Shown piece after piece: positions 9,080-17,931 of a stretch of 38,476 nt of DNA (its first letter is position 1; the number at the start of each line of letters is the position of its first letter). The notes under the pieces are model-generated. The model was not told where the DNA came from and did no database searches. It saw only the letters and a list, made by a program, of their open reading frames with translations. The position numbers and the translations under genes were made by a program. The stretch covers positions 1 to 38,476 of the forward strand of contig CBFGKC010000018.1 of assembly GCA_965649265.1 (NCBI GenBank), given 5' to 3'. This stretch comes from a candidate division WOR-3 bacterium (lineage in GTDB: Bacteria > Hydrothermota > Tepidihabitantia > B3-TA06).

Positions 9080-10387
9080 ATGAGTACTGAATTCAAACCT
9101 ACTTCTTACAGACTTAAATGCCTTGAATGCAGTAAGGTTTTCCAAAGTGACGACCACATCCTCTCGTGCGATGAAAACCACAATCCTTCATTCCTTCGGG
9201 CAGACTATAAGCAAAAAAAATTATCTCTGAACGGACACGCTGACGGGATGTTCAAATTTGGTGATTGGCTTCCGCTGAATCGTAATATAGTCAACAACTC
9301 CACGCCGGTGGTATTCCAGAGCGAGCGCCTGGCGGACGAATTGGGACTCAAGAACCTTTGGATTGTTTTTTCCGGATACTGGCCTGAGCGGGGAGCCGAC
9401 ATGCGCACCTGCACGTTCAAGGAACTCGAGGCGCCTGCGGTGTGCTCTCGACTGGGTAATACCTCAAAAACCCTCGTCGTAGCCTCCGCGGGAAACACGG
9501 CACGCGCTTTTGCCGAGATATGTTCCATAAACGACATCCAGCTGCTTCTGGTTGTTCCGGAGATCGGACTCGATTCGCTCTGGTCAACAAAGGAATTTTC
9601 TGACTCGGTCCGCCTGGTCGTGGTCGACGCCGGTGCGGATTATCTGGACGCCATAAACCTGGCGGAGACGATCTCGAAGCTTCCGGGGTATCTCTCCGAG
9701 GGCGGGGCAAAAAACGTCGCCCGCAGGGACGGCATGGGGACGACGGTTCTTGCTGCGGCCGTTGAATCCGGCAGGATACCGGATCATTACTTCCAGGCTG
9801 TGGGTTCGGGCACTGGCGGTATAGCGGCCTGGGAAGCGGCAATGCGCTTGGAAGCTGACGGCAGCTTCGGGAATAACGCAATGACGCTTCACCTTGCCCA
9901 GAACCATCCCTTTACTCCCATGACGGATGCCTGGCATGCAGGTTCAAGGATCATCCGCGATCTTGACGAACAGGAGTCGAAAACACGCATATCGAAGATT
10001 TCTTCGCACGTTCTGTCGAACCGCAAACCCCCGTATTCAATTAAAGGCGGGGTCTACGATGCTCTTGCAGCCACTAATGGACACATGTATTCTGTAACGA
10101 ATGAAGAAGCCTTGAAAGCTTCCATACTTTTTGAGGAGAAGGAGGGTGAAGGATACGGAGGAATAGATATTGATCCTGCGGCTGCGGTTGCTGTGGCATC
10201 AATGATACAATCCGTCGAGATGAAAAAAATCACCAGTGAAGAGATGGTTCTTTTGAATATTACCGGTGGTGGCAGAAAGCGCATGTTCAGTGAACACGAA
10301 ATCAACAAGCTTTATCCCTCCATAAGAATCGGCAGGAATGAAATCAACCCTGAATCGGTAAAGAGACTATTCAAAAAGGAGAATTGA
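9080..10387 (+). CDS. cysteate synthase (PLP, threonine-synthase fold; phosphoserine + sulfite to L-cysteate)
   Basis: Signature 'FSGYWPERGADMRTCTFKELEA' (PLP Lys), 'VASAGNTARAF', 'EGGAKNVARRDGMGT', 'YFQAVGSGTGGIAAWEA', 'VLSNRKPPY'. Confidence 0.88.
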   Translation: MSTEFKPTSYRLKCLECSKVFQSDDHILSCDENHNPSFLRADYKQKKLSLNGHADGMFKFGDWLPLNRNIVNNSTPVVFQSERLADELGLKNLWIVFSGYWPERGADMRTCTFKELEAPAVCSRLGNTSKTLVVASAGNTARAFAEICSINDIQLLLVVPEIGLDSLWSTKEFSDSVRLVVVDAGADYLDAINLAETISKLPGYLSEGGAKNVARRDGMGTTVLAAAVESGRIPDHYFQAVGSGTGGIAAWEAAMRLEADGSFGNNAMTLHLAQNHPFTPMTDAWHAGSRIIRDLDEQESKTRISKISSHVLSNRKPPYSIKGGVYDALAATNGHMYSVTNEEALKASILFEEKEGEGYGGIDIDPAAAVAVASMIQSVEMKKITSEEMVLLNITGGGRKRMFSEHEINKLYPSIRIGRNEINPESVKRLFKKEN

Positions 10388-10393
10388 GATCGT

Positions 10394-11602
10394 ATGAAAG
10401 ACCTGTTTACGAAATGCGGTGAAGAGGGAGGATATTTTTCCTACTTCCGCATGCAGCGTGACCGCTACTTTGCCTTGCCGTTGCTCGAAGGCATGCCCGG
10501 TCCGAGAATGAGGTTCCAGGGCAGGGAAGTAATACAGTGGGCCATAAACAATTATCTGGGACTCGCCTCGAGACCCGAGCTCATCGAAACCGCGCGAGAG
10601 GCGGCTGCCCGTTGGGGTGTTGGCTCACCCATGGGAGCCCGGTTCATGACCGGTAACACCGAGCGCCACGTCGAACTCGAACGCCGCCTTGCCCACTACT
10701 CCGGAAAGCAAAGCGCAATACTCTTCAACTACGGCTATCTCGGCGTACTCGGCACGGTTACTTCTTTAATTGGCAAGGATGACGTCATTGTCATCGATAA
10801 ACTGGCGCACGCTTCAATGATGGACGCAGCCTTCTCGACCCGCCAGTTCATCCCGTTTCAACATAACGACATGACGAGTCTCGAGCGCGCGCTGAAACGC
10901 GCAACGAGAAATCGTGAAGGCGGTGTGCTCGTTATGGCTGAGGGCGTCTACGGGATGACCGGAGATCTTGCGGACCTGCCGGGAATAGTGGAACTAAAGA
11001 AAAAATACGGCGCAAGGCTCTATGTGGACGATGCGCACGGGTTCGGAGTGATGGGTGAAGAAGGCAAGGGGACCGGAGTTCATCTGGGGGTACAAGACGA
11101 AATCGACATTTATTTCGGGACCTTTGCAAAGGCCTTTGCGGCCATAGGAGGTTTCAGTTCGGCACCGGACGATGTTATCGAATACATCCGGTACAACGCC
11201 CGCACCCAGATTTTCGCAAAGTCGCTTCCCATGGTCGTCGTCGAGGTACTGATCAAAGCCATGGACATCGTTGAGACGGAACCGGCAATATTCGCGACTC
11301 TCTGGGAGAACACGCGAAAGCTACAGTCGGGTCTCAGGGAGCTCGGGTACAACCTCGGCAACACCCAGTCACCGGTCACACCCGTCTACGTGCCGGCCAA
11401 CGACGTGGAAACGGGAATGAAGTTCATCCACAAGATGCGCGACGAGAAAGGCATCTTCATCTCCGGAGTCATGTATCCCGTGGTTCCCAAAGGCGTAGTG
11501 CTTTGCAGAATGATACCTACGGCAAGCCACACCGACGAGGACATAGATATTACCCTGAAGGCCTTCCGCGATGTTCGCGACGAGATGAAGCTGACGTTGT
11601 AA
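10394..11602 (+). CDS. alpha-oxoamine synthase family enzyme, probable cysteate-C-fatty acyltransferase (CapB/SulA-like)
   Basis: AOS motifs 'NNYLGL', 'DDAHG', 'GTFAK' (PLP Lys246); 'QIFAKSLP' (Lys276) in place of the FSAS/FSTA of SPT/AONS; directly follows cysteate synthase. Confidence 0.8.
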   Translation: MKDLFTKCGEEGGYFSYFRMQRDRYFALPLLEGMPGPRMRFQGREVIQWAINNYLGLASRPELIETAREAAARWGVGSPMGARFMTGNTERHVELERRLAHYSGKQSAILFNYGYLGVLGTVTSLIGKDDVIVIDKLAHASMMDAAFSTRQFIPFQHNDMTSLERALKRATRNREGGVLVMAEGVYGMTGDLADLPGIVELKKKYGARLYVDDAHGFGVMGEEGKGTGVHLGVQDEIDIYFGTFAKAFAAIGGFSSAPDDVIEYIRYNARTQIFAKSLPMVVVEVLIKAMDIVETEPAIFATLWENTRKLQSGLRELGYNLGNTQSPVTPVYVPANDVETGMKFIHKMRDEKGIFISGVMYPVVPKGVVLCRMIPTASHTDEDIDITLKAFRDVRDEMKLTL

Positions 11603-11656
11603 AGGGATAATCTCCCCGGAACGCACACGGCAAAGGGTAGATCTTACAAAGCAGAG

Positions 11657-11685
11657 AGGCGGCTTCGCTTCGCAGGCAGCCGATT
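11657..11685. terminator. possible hairpin between convergent genes
   Basis: Imperfect inverted repeat cggct...agccg; no clear U-tract. Confidence 0.3.
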
Positions 11686-11688
11686 CCT

Positions 11689-12750
11689 TTAGCCCCTGTA
11701 TCTGTTAAACCTGGACATCTTCATGAGCCAGGTAGGAAAGGCCTTGCCAGGCTTGCGTTTACGAAGATCGAGCGCAATCGCTTTCGTGATATTGAGCTTG
11801 GTCGGTTCTGCCATCTCGATCATGGTCCCGTCCGGATCAGCGACGTATGCAAAGAGGGCGGTCGAGCCGTGCCCCATGTCGAAATCCTCAACGTTAGGCT
11901 CGAGCATCGGTTTAGCGCCGCGCCGAACGAGTTCGTTGAAAGTTGACTTGATGTCGAAAACGTCAAAGCATACTTCCATCTGTCCTACGTCGCCCCACCT
12001 GCGGCCGCCATAGATGTGCTTGCCCTTTGAGCCATCAACCTCAACGAGTTCTATCATGCCGCGGTCAAGGTAAAAACTGAAAAACGAGGACGAAGGCCTG
12101 GGATCCTTGAGCATAACGCGGCGCATCGGCCTTTCGCCTCCGGGGATGGAGCCGAGCATAGGATCAGTTCCTTTCCAGTCGTAAACGACCTCACTGTAGT
12201 CCAGAATCTCTCTATAGAACTCCAGTGAGCGTTTCATGTCCGTGACCGCTATCGTGGAAAAGACCACTCCGCCCACTGAATCTTGCTTCCTGCAAATGGA
12301 GTACTTCATATCCGGAATCTCAACGAGGTATATGAGCAGACCGTCTGGGTCCTTTACCAGGGCGGCTTTCCACGAGGATTCGGCAGGCCATTGCACCGGC
12401 CCGGAAACTATAGCCTCCGGCGCATCCTTGAAGAGTTCAACCGCTCTTTCCAGGTCCGGCACCTTAAGCGCGGTAGCATGCATCCCCGGGTCCCCCCACA
12501 TGAGCTTTTCGGGCAAGGGCATAGGTTTTGTCGAGAGATACTCGTAAAGCTCCAGTGTTGCTCCGCCCATCAGATTCGCAGCTATCACCACCTTGCGCTC
12601 GTAATTACCGCCGACCAGCGGTTCCATCCTGGATGCAAAACTCTGATTCAAACTCATGGGCACGTCAAAGCCGAGCTTGCGATAAAACGCCCACGAGCGA
12701 TCCCTGTCCGCCACTCCAAACCCAATATGCTGAATTGCATTTATCACCAA
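11689..12750 (-). CDS. two-domain VOC (glyoxalase/bleomycin-resistance) family protein
   Basis: 'IQHIGFGVAD', 'LELYEY', 'KDPDGLLIYLVE', 'IELVE', 'YVADPDGTMIEMAE'; AGGAG SD before GTG. Confidence 0.85.
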   Translation of the reverse strand: MVINAIQHIGFGVADRDRSWAFYRKLGFDVPMSLNQSFASRMEPLVGGNYERKVVIAANLMGGATLELYEYLSTKPMPLPEKLMWGDPGMHATALKVPDLERAVELFKDAPEAIVSGPVQWPAESSWKAALVKDPDGLLIYLVEIPDMKYSICRKQDSVGGVVFSTIAVTDMKRSLEFYREILDYSEVVYDWKGTDPMLGSIPGGERPMRRVMLKDPRPSSSFFSFYLDRGMIELVEVDGSKGKHIYGGRRWGDVGQMEVCFDVFDIKSTFNELVRRGAKPMLEPNVEDFDMGHGSTALFAYVADPDGTMIEMAEPTKLNITKAIALDLRKRKPGKAFPTWLMKMSRFNRYRG

Positions 12751-12798
12751 AACTCCTTGTCAGACAGTCCGACGTTGTAGCGTTCAGCAAATGCAGTA

Positions 12799-12826
12799 AG
12801 GATATAATCCACAAGGCTCTTGTCAA
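12799..12826 (-). promoter_or_regulatory. promoter TTGACA-N16-TATCCT for the VOC gene
   Basis: Minus strand TTGACA 12826-12821, TATCCT 12804-12799. Confidence 0.7.
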
Positions 12827-12855
12827 TGTGCGCGAAGAATCCCCATGGAAACGCG

Positions 12856-12891
12856 AAAAAAATCTTCCCCGCGGTTTCCCGCGGGGAAGAT
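12856..12891 (-). terminator. rho-independent terminator of the T9SS-like cargo operon
   Basis: Perfect 13-bp stem atcttccccgcgg/ccgcggggaagat with 4-nt loop, followed by a T-tract on the minus strand. Confidence 0.85.
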
Positions 12892-12946
12892 AATCTTCAG
12901 TTGGCGGCGGCTTCGAGGAACCAGACGCCGTCAACAAGGTTTTTAT

Positions 12947-14788
12947 TTAGCGCCCCTCCTCGATATTCTTTATCTCATGGTAATACTCGATCCCCGTGAG
13001 AACCTTAAATTCCACGCGGCGGTTCTTTGCCATGCCTTCTTCGGTCTCGTTAGAAGCGAGCGGTTGAGACTCGCCGTATCCCTTGGCAACGAGTCTGTCA
13101 GGTTCTATACGGAACTTATCTATCAGGTATTGACGCACTGAATCGACGCGAGCCTGAGAAAGTGCGAGATTATCCTTGAAGTCGGGCGTTTTGATCGGAC
13201 GGGCGTCCGTATGGCCTGCAAGCTCGACCTTTATAGAGGGGTTATCTACGAGTATCTGTCCGATCTGATCGAGTACGGTGTAGAAATCAGGAAGCACTCT
13301 TGCTTCGCCTGTTTCGAAATTGATGTTATGGAAGACAATCAACTCCTTCTCACGCAGGAGAGCGAAATCCTTCTCGGTGCTCTTAGTCGGTTCGACAGCG
13401 ACCTCGGCGTCTTGCGGGAAGTATTTAGAGTGTTCCGGTTGAGCGTGAATCTGGTACGTTCCCCGATATAATGAAGGAATGGTATAATTACCCTCGTCGT
13501 CGGTGGACACTTCACCCTGAATGTTATTCGGGCCCTTGTAAGTTATCGTGCCCTTGAGAGGAGCGTTTGTCTTCACATCAAAGACCTTACCCATGATTCC
13601 GCCGGGCGGTATCTTGGAAAGCGCAACAATCAATTCGACTTTCTGGCCGGCCTTGATTTGCGTTTCACTCGAAGCAGGATAATAATCGTCTTTAGAAGCC
13701 TTTGCCGTCAACTTTCCAGGGTTCAGACCCTTGCGTTCCCAGGTTCCTTTCTCGTCAGTGTCTTTTTCAACACGAACCAGGCCGTCAATGTTGAGATGAG
13801 CGGTGATCGGCTCCTTGGTCTCTGCATCAATCACCTTGACGATGACGTCACCGTAACGCGGACGCTCTCCGAACGCTGCAATGAATGCGAGCCGGTGAGT
13901 GAGTCCAAGCTGCCCGTAGGGTGCCAGGGTATAGTCGATTCGGTAGTTGTTCAGAACCAGCCCTACACCGGTAGTCAGAGCCGAAAGGATGTTGAGCTGA
14001 CTGATGGACTGGGGGCCCGTCTGGAAACCGGCCCTCACGGCGAGCATCTCCAGGGGCCAGACTTCGGCACCCACGTGGACACTGATGTTGTTGTCCATCG
14101 GAACCCTTACGTCGAGAAGGAAATTGGCTCCGCTAAGAATGTTGTCAAAGGTAAGGGCGGCGCCGAGTTGAGCCTGCATAGGAAGCATGTAGCTGGAGCC
14201 GCCATAAAACATTCCGGGACCCAGATTCTGAAGAATTACACCGATGCCGAACATCTTTGAAGGTTTCCAGTGCAACGACAAATCCACTGCACCACCAAAG
14301 CCGGATGCGTCGTAAAGATTCTCGTAAAGACCCTTCAAGCTGGCGGCGACACCCAGGGTGGTGCCGAGCTGCCGGGTATAGGAAGCAAGGAAAAATGCTT
14401 CGTACGCCATTATGAGGGAATCACCGGCGACCGGATAATTGTTTTCGTCCCAGTGTTCGATACCCGTTGTGCTCGTGAAGTTCGCTGCAAACCCAAAAGT
14501 GTTTTTCGGTGATTGCGGCCACACTACCGCCGCGAATTCGTCTCTTATTCCTCTAAGCCATTCGTGATGCGACACCATGGCCTCGTAGGTGTTAAGCTGA
14601 TTCAGGCCTGCAGGGTTCCACCAAAGCGCGGTTACATCGGTGGCAATACCCATGTATGCATTGCCCATTGCCGCGGCACGGGGTCCGAAACCGATCTTTA
14701 AAAGCGGGTGTGCGGTCGTTCCTGTACTCCCGCCGAACTGTGCAAAAGCCACTGTGGCAAGTGCCAGAATTACTATGCCTTTTTTCAT
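12947..14788 (-). CDS. PorV/PorQ-family outer-membrane barrel + carboxypeptidase-regulatory-like domains + OmpA_C peptidoglycan-binding domain
   Basis: Signal peptide; 'LKIGFGPRAAAMGNAY...ALWWNPAGL' and 'YGQLGLTHR' (PorV/PorQ); OmpA_C 'INFETG...GHTD...NLALSQARVDSV...GYGESQPLASN...NRRVEF'. Confidence 0.85.
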   Translation of the reverse strand: MKKGIVILALATVAFAQFGGSTGTTAHPLLKIGFGPRAAAMGNAYMGIATDVTALWWNPAGLNQLNTYEAMVSHHEWLRGIRDEFAAVVWPQSPKNTFGFAANFTSTTGIEHWDENNYPVAGDSLIMAYEAFFLASYTRQLGTTLGVAASLKGLYENLYDASGFGGAVDLSLHWKPSKMFGIGVILQNLGPGMFYGGSSYMLPMQAQLGAALTFDNILSGANFLLDVRVPMDNNISVHVGAEVWPLEMLAVRAGFQTGPQSISQLNILSALTTGVGLVLNNYRIDYTLAPYGQLGLTHRLAFIAAFGERPRYGDVIVKVIDAETKEPITAHLNIDGLVRVEKDTDEKGTWERKGLNPGKLTAKASKDDYYPASSETQIKAGQKVELIVALSKIPPGGIMGKVFDVKTNAPLKGTITYKGPNNIQGEVSTDDEGNYTIPSLYRGTYQIHAQPEHSKYFPQDAEVAVEPTKSTEKDFALLREKELIVFHNINFETGEARVLPDFYTVLDQIGQILVDNPSIKVELAGHTDARPIKTPDFKDNLALSQARVDSVRQYLIDKFRIEPDRLVAKGYGESQPLASNETEEGMAKNRRVEFKVLTGIEYYHEIKNIEEGR

Positions 14789-17700
14789 TGGCTCCCTCCT
14801 TTCGAGAGCGCTTTCTTTACTACGCTTTTAGGTTTGTGCTCCTGGTCATCCGGAACAAAATAAAAGTTATAAAGCAGTACGCCGGGTGCCACTGTTTTGC
14901 CTTGATCTGTTATGCCGCCCCAAGGCTCAAAAAACACACCGGATTCGTAATGTTTATTCTCTACAACCGTCGCCAGAAATTCACCTGCACGGTTGTATAT
15001 TTTTAGAGTCACTGTTCCACGTTCAGGCAAACTGAAATAGAACGTTGTGGGTCCCGTAAAGGGATTAGGAAAATTGTGTACATTGAACTGCGGTATCACT
15101 ATGGCCGTATCGTTAGCTAGATCAGTGACCGTGTCTCTTACCGATGAACGCGCCGTTACAAGCGCGATAGCTACGTTTCTCAAGGACAGAGTGTCAGTAA
15201 AATTATTGCCTACCCCGGGAGGGGGGGTAAGTTCAAAGCTAAAGTCCTGGCCCATGCCAGGATCAAGAATCCCGACATCGGGCACGTCGTTATTATTGAG
15301 ATCCCCGAGCGGAGCTCCTGATGACGTAAGCAGGCGGTACGCCCACTCGTTAGGACCTGTAAAAGTCACTTCAATATCAAAAGTGTCCTGCTTGTTTCCG
15401 AGGTTTTGAATCCGCATCGGGAAGACCACCGGCACCTCGGGTGCCGTTTCAAGGGTCGTATCCGGGTCGATCCTGACGGCAACCACAGGCACGGTGTCCG
15501 GCGGGACAAGCGCCTGCGTTACGAGCCTTGCCTGTGCAGTCGTAGTCGTGTCGACGGAAGAATGAGCAACAACCCACGTAGTATCGAGTTCTCCTTCCGT
15601 CGCTGAGAATGGAATTGTCACGTCTACATACAAATCGGCGGTTCCGCCCGCTGCGGGAACCTCACCCAGATCCGGGATGCCGTCGGAATCCGAGTCCGTC
15701 ATCGGTCCCGTGCTCTGATTGAGAAGATCCACCATCCAGCCCGTCTTTGTGCCCTCAGTAGTCATGTCGACCACGTCAGGGCCGTTACCTGAGTTGGTAA
15801 GAGTCAGACGGTAACGTATTGTCTGTCCCCTGTATGCGGAAGAATCCTGATTCGGAACAAGAAGCAGTGCGGGTATGGGCTCAACGTGGGTGATAAGAAC
15901 GGCTGAATCGCGAACCGTCTCGTTATTGGTCGAGTGAACCCAGACTATTGTGGTATCAACATCTCCAACCATCGCATCGGCCGGAGGAGTAAGTCCTACC
16001 CTGAAAGTGCTTGTCCCTGCGTTCCCGGCAACGGAATCTACGTCCGGGATACCGTCGGAATTGTTATCGACCATCTCGTCCCCTGAAGCGGAATAAAGAA
16101 CAAGGGTCCAATCGGATTGAGTTCCTTCGGTGGTAACATTTATCACGTCGGAAACAGTGCCATCGTTTGTCACCGTCATTGGATACGTTATCTGGACGTC
16201 GGGGTATGTAGTCGAATCGTAATCCGGCTCGAGCGTTATGGAGGGCCCCCAGTATGTCGTGACCTCAAACAACACAGGCAAATCGGCAAGGTAAGACCAC
16301 TGGAGTCCGGCATCGTACTGGAAATAGCGGTTGATTGCCAGCTTGCCGTTAACCGAGTCGGGAATCGAGCCGTTGGATCGCGCCTGGAACCAATCGGTCC
16401 ATGAGGCGTCAGGCACGGGCGTGGGGCCGGTGCGCACCCTGAAGTTGATGTTGGAGTTCCCGGGTGTCGAGTCAACGGTTATAAAGGCATCCCAGTTTAC
16501 GACCTCGCCCGCATCATAGACATTGGAGATGTAAGGCTCGCGCTTCTCTCTTGTATACACGTTGCCTACGTCGCGGCACTGCGCGTGGTGATCGGTGTTG
16601 CAGTAAAGCTGGGTGTGATAGTTCCAGTCGGGTCCCCACAGAACGCCCGAAGAATCAAACAGCACCCATGAGTGAACGAGCAAATCGTCGATACCGTCTT
16701 TATTGAAGTCGGCGAGAAAACCGCCCGACATGTTGTACTTGCGTGCACCGAACTCGAGTCTCGATGAATCCGAGAAGCCATTCGAACCGCCAAGGTAGAC
16801 CCATGGTTTAAATTTACTGGCACCCGTACTGTCACTTGCGTCTCCCCGGTAAAAAATAACGTCCAGCCATCCGTCCGAGTTGTAATCGAATGACGCCGAC
16901 CCGCCGAATACCGAACCCGTGTTCAAGGTATCCGGCCTGGTGTATATCCTCGGCTTTGCAGGATCGGCGTAATAAACGTAAGCCTTTTGAACACTTCCCG
17001 TCCCGGTAAGCACGAAATCGAGCCAGCCGTCCTTGTTAAAGTCCGCGGCATTGCAGCCGTGCGGGTATGACGCCAGGAAATTGAGCTTGGTCACGCTTGA
17101 CGCCTTGAAACCGTCGGCTGAACCCCAGTAGATGTAATCCTGGGTTCCGTAGTAGTTTACGATGAACAGGTCGTAGTAGCCGTCCTTGTCAAAGTCGGCA
17201 ACCTGAAAGTTATGCCGCGCCACCGCTGCCGGCAGGGCGGACATTCTCGAGCTCGAGTATGCTCGATTAGGTCCCCCCCAGAATATGGCAATAGAGTCGG
17301 AACCGGAACCGAAGGTGGTATCGAGCCGCGCTCCGTAATCGGTACCTATGATGTCGAGCCAGCCGTCCTTGTTGACATCCGCGATATAAACCGATTCAGT
17401 CTGCTGCTTTTGGGGAAGCATTGTCGTATCCGTCGGCGAAGGACCCGCGGCCGTGCCCCAGTATATGCAAAGGGCTCCGACCTTGGCGTTGCCGGGCGAG
17501 TAATAGTGACAGGCAACAAGATCGTTGAAGCCGTCAAGGTCGAGGTCCGCACCGTCAACCGTAGCGCCGTTAAAGGTTGGATAACTCAAAAAACGCTGAG
17601 TGTTGAAACCGTCTGCTCCGCCTGTGTAGAGGAGAATCCAGTCCTTCTTCGCATCGCTCCACGTGCCGGAGTTGGGCTTATTCGATACAACAACGTCTAT

Positions 17701-17907
17701 CCAACCGTCGTTTGTAAAGTCGAACCGCGGCACAAACTCTATCGCCCCCGAGTCCGGCTCATATGAGATCGAACGGTATGAGCAGTAAATGTCGCGCTCG
17801 TACGAACCGTCCGAGAAATCCTGTCTTGTAGTTTCAGTCCAGCTTCCTTTCTGGGCCGTGGCGATCAAAGGCAAAAGACCCAGTAGAACAAAGAAGCGTT
17901 TTCGCAT
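14785..17907 (-). CDS. large secreted FG-GAP/VCBS propeller protein with three Ig-like repeats and FlgD/T9SS-like C-terminal domain
   Basis: Repeated 'D(F/V)NKDGWLD'; three modules with DxxxD(G/V)xPD; C-terminal 'NFPNPF...LKIYNRAGE...W.G...GKTVAPGV'. Start ATG 17907 (MRKRFF) follows GGAGG. Confidence 0.82.
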   Translation of the reverse strand: MRKRFFVLLGLLPLIATAQKGSWTETTRQDFSDGSYERDIYCSYRSISYEPDSGAIEFVPRFDFTNDGWIDVVVSNKPNSGTWSDAKKDWILLYTGGADGFNTQRFLSYPTFNGATVDGADLDLDGFNDLVACHYYSPGNAKVGALCIYWGTAAGPSPTDTTMLPQKQQTESVYIADVNKDGWLDIIGTDYGARLDTTFGSGSDSIAIFWGGPNRAYSSSRMSALPAAVARHNFQVADFDKDGYYDLFIVNYYGTQDYIYWGSADGFKASSVTKLNFLASYPHGCNAADFNKDGWLDFVLTGTGSVQKAYVYYADPAKPRIYTRPDTLNTGSVFGGSASFDYNSDGWLDVIFYRGDASDSTGASKFKPWVYLGGSNGFSDSSRLEFGARKYNMSGGFLADFNKDGIDDLLVHSWVLFDSSGVLWGPDWNYHTQLYCNTDHHAQCRDVGNVYTREKREPYISNVYDAGEVVNWDAFITVDSTPGNSNINFRVRTGPTPVPDASWTDWFQARSNGSIPDSVNGKLAINRYFQYDAGLQWSYLADLPVLFEVTTYWGPSITLEPDYDSTTYPDVQITYPMTVTNDGTVSDVINVTTEGTQSDWTLVLYSASGDEMVDNNSDGIPDVDSVAGNAGTSTFRVGLTPPADAMVGDVDTTIVWVHSTNNETVRDSAVLITHVEPIPALLLVPNQDSSAYRGQTIRYRLTLTNSGNGPDVVDMTTEGTKTGWMVDLLNQSTGPMTDSDSDGIPDLGEVPAAGGTADLYVDVTIPFSATEGELDTTWVVAHSSVDTTTTAQARLVTQALVPPDTVPVVAVRIDPDTTLETAPEVPVVFPMRIQNLGNKQDTFDIEVTFTGPNEWAYRLLTSSGAPLGDLNNNDVPDVGILDPGMGQDFSFELTPPPGVGNNFTDTLSLRNVAIALVTARSSVRDTVTDLANDTAIVIPQFNVHNFPNPFTGPTTFYFSLPERGTVTLKIYNRAGEFLATVVENKHYESGVFFEPWGGITDQGKTVAPGVLLYNFYFVPDDQEHKPKSVVKKALSKGGSQ

Positions 17908-17931
17908 TAATACCTCCATGTAAAGCCAATC

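Noticed and set aside
9080-10387. Threonine synthase or coenzyme M biosynthesis
   Set aside because: Motifs match cysteate synthase, and the neighbour is an acyltransferase rather than thr or com genes
10394-11602. BioF, KBL or serine palmitoyltransferase
   Set aside because: No bio or tdh context; the FAKS motif and coupling to cysteate synthase favour a cysteate acyltransferase, though only an assay can exclude SPT
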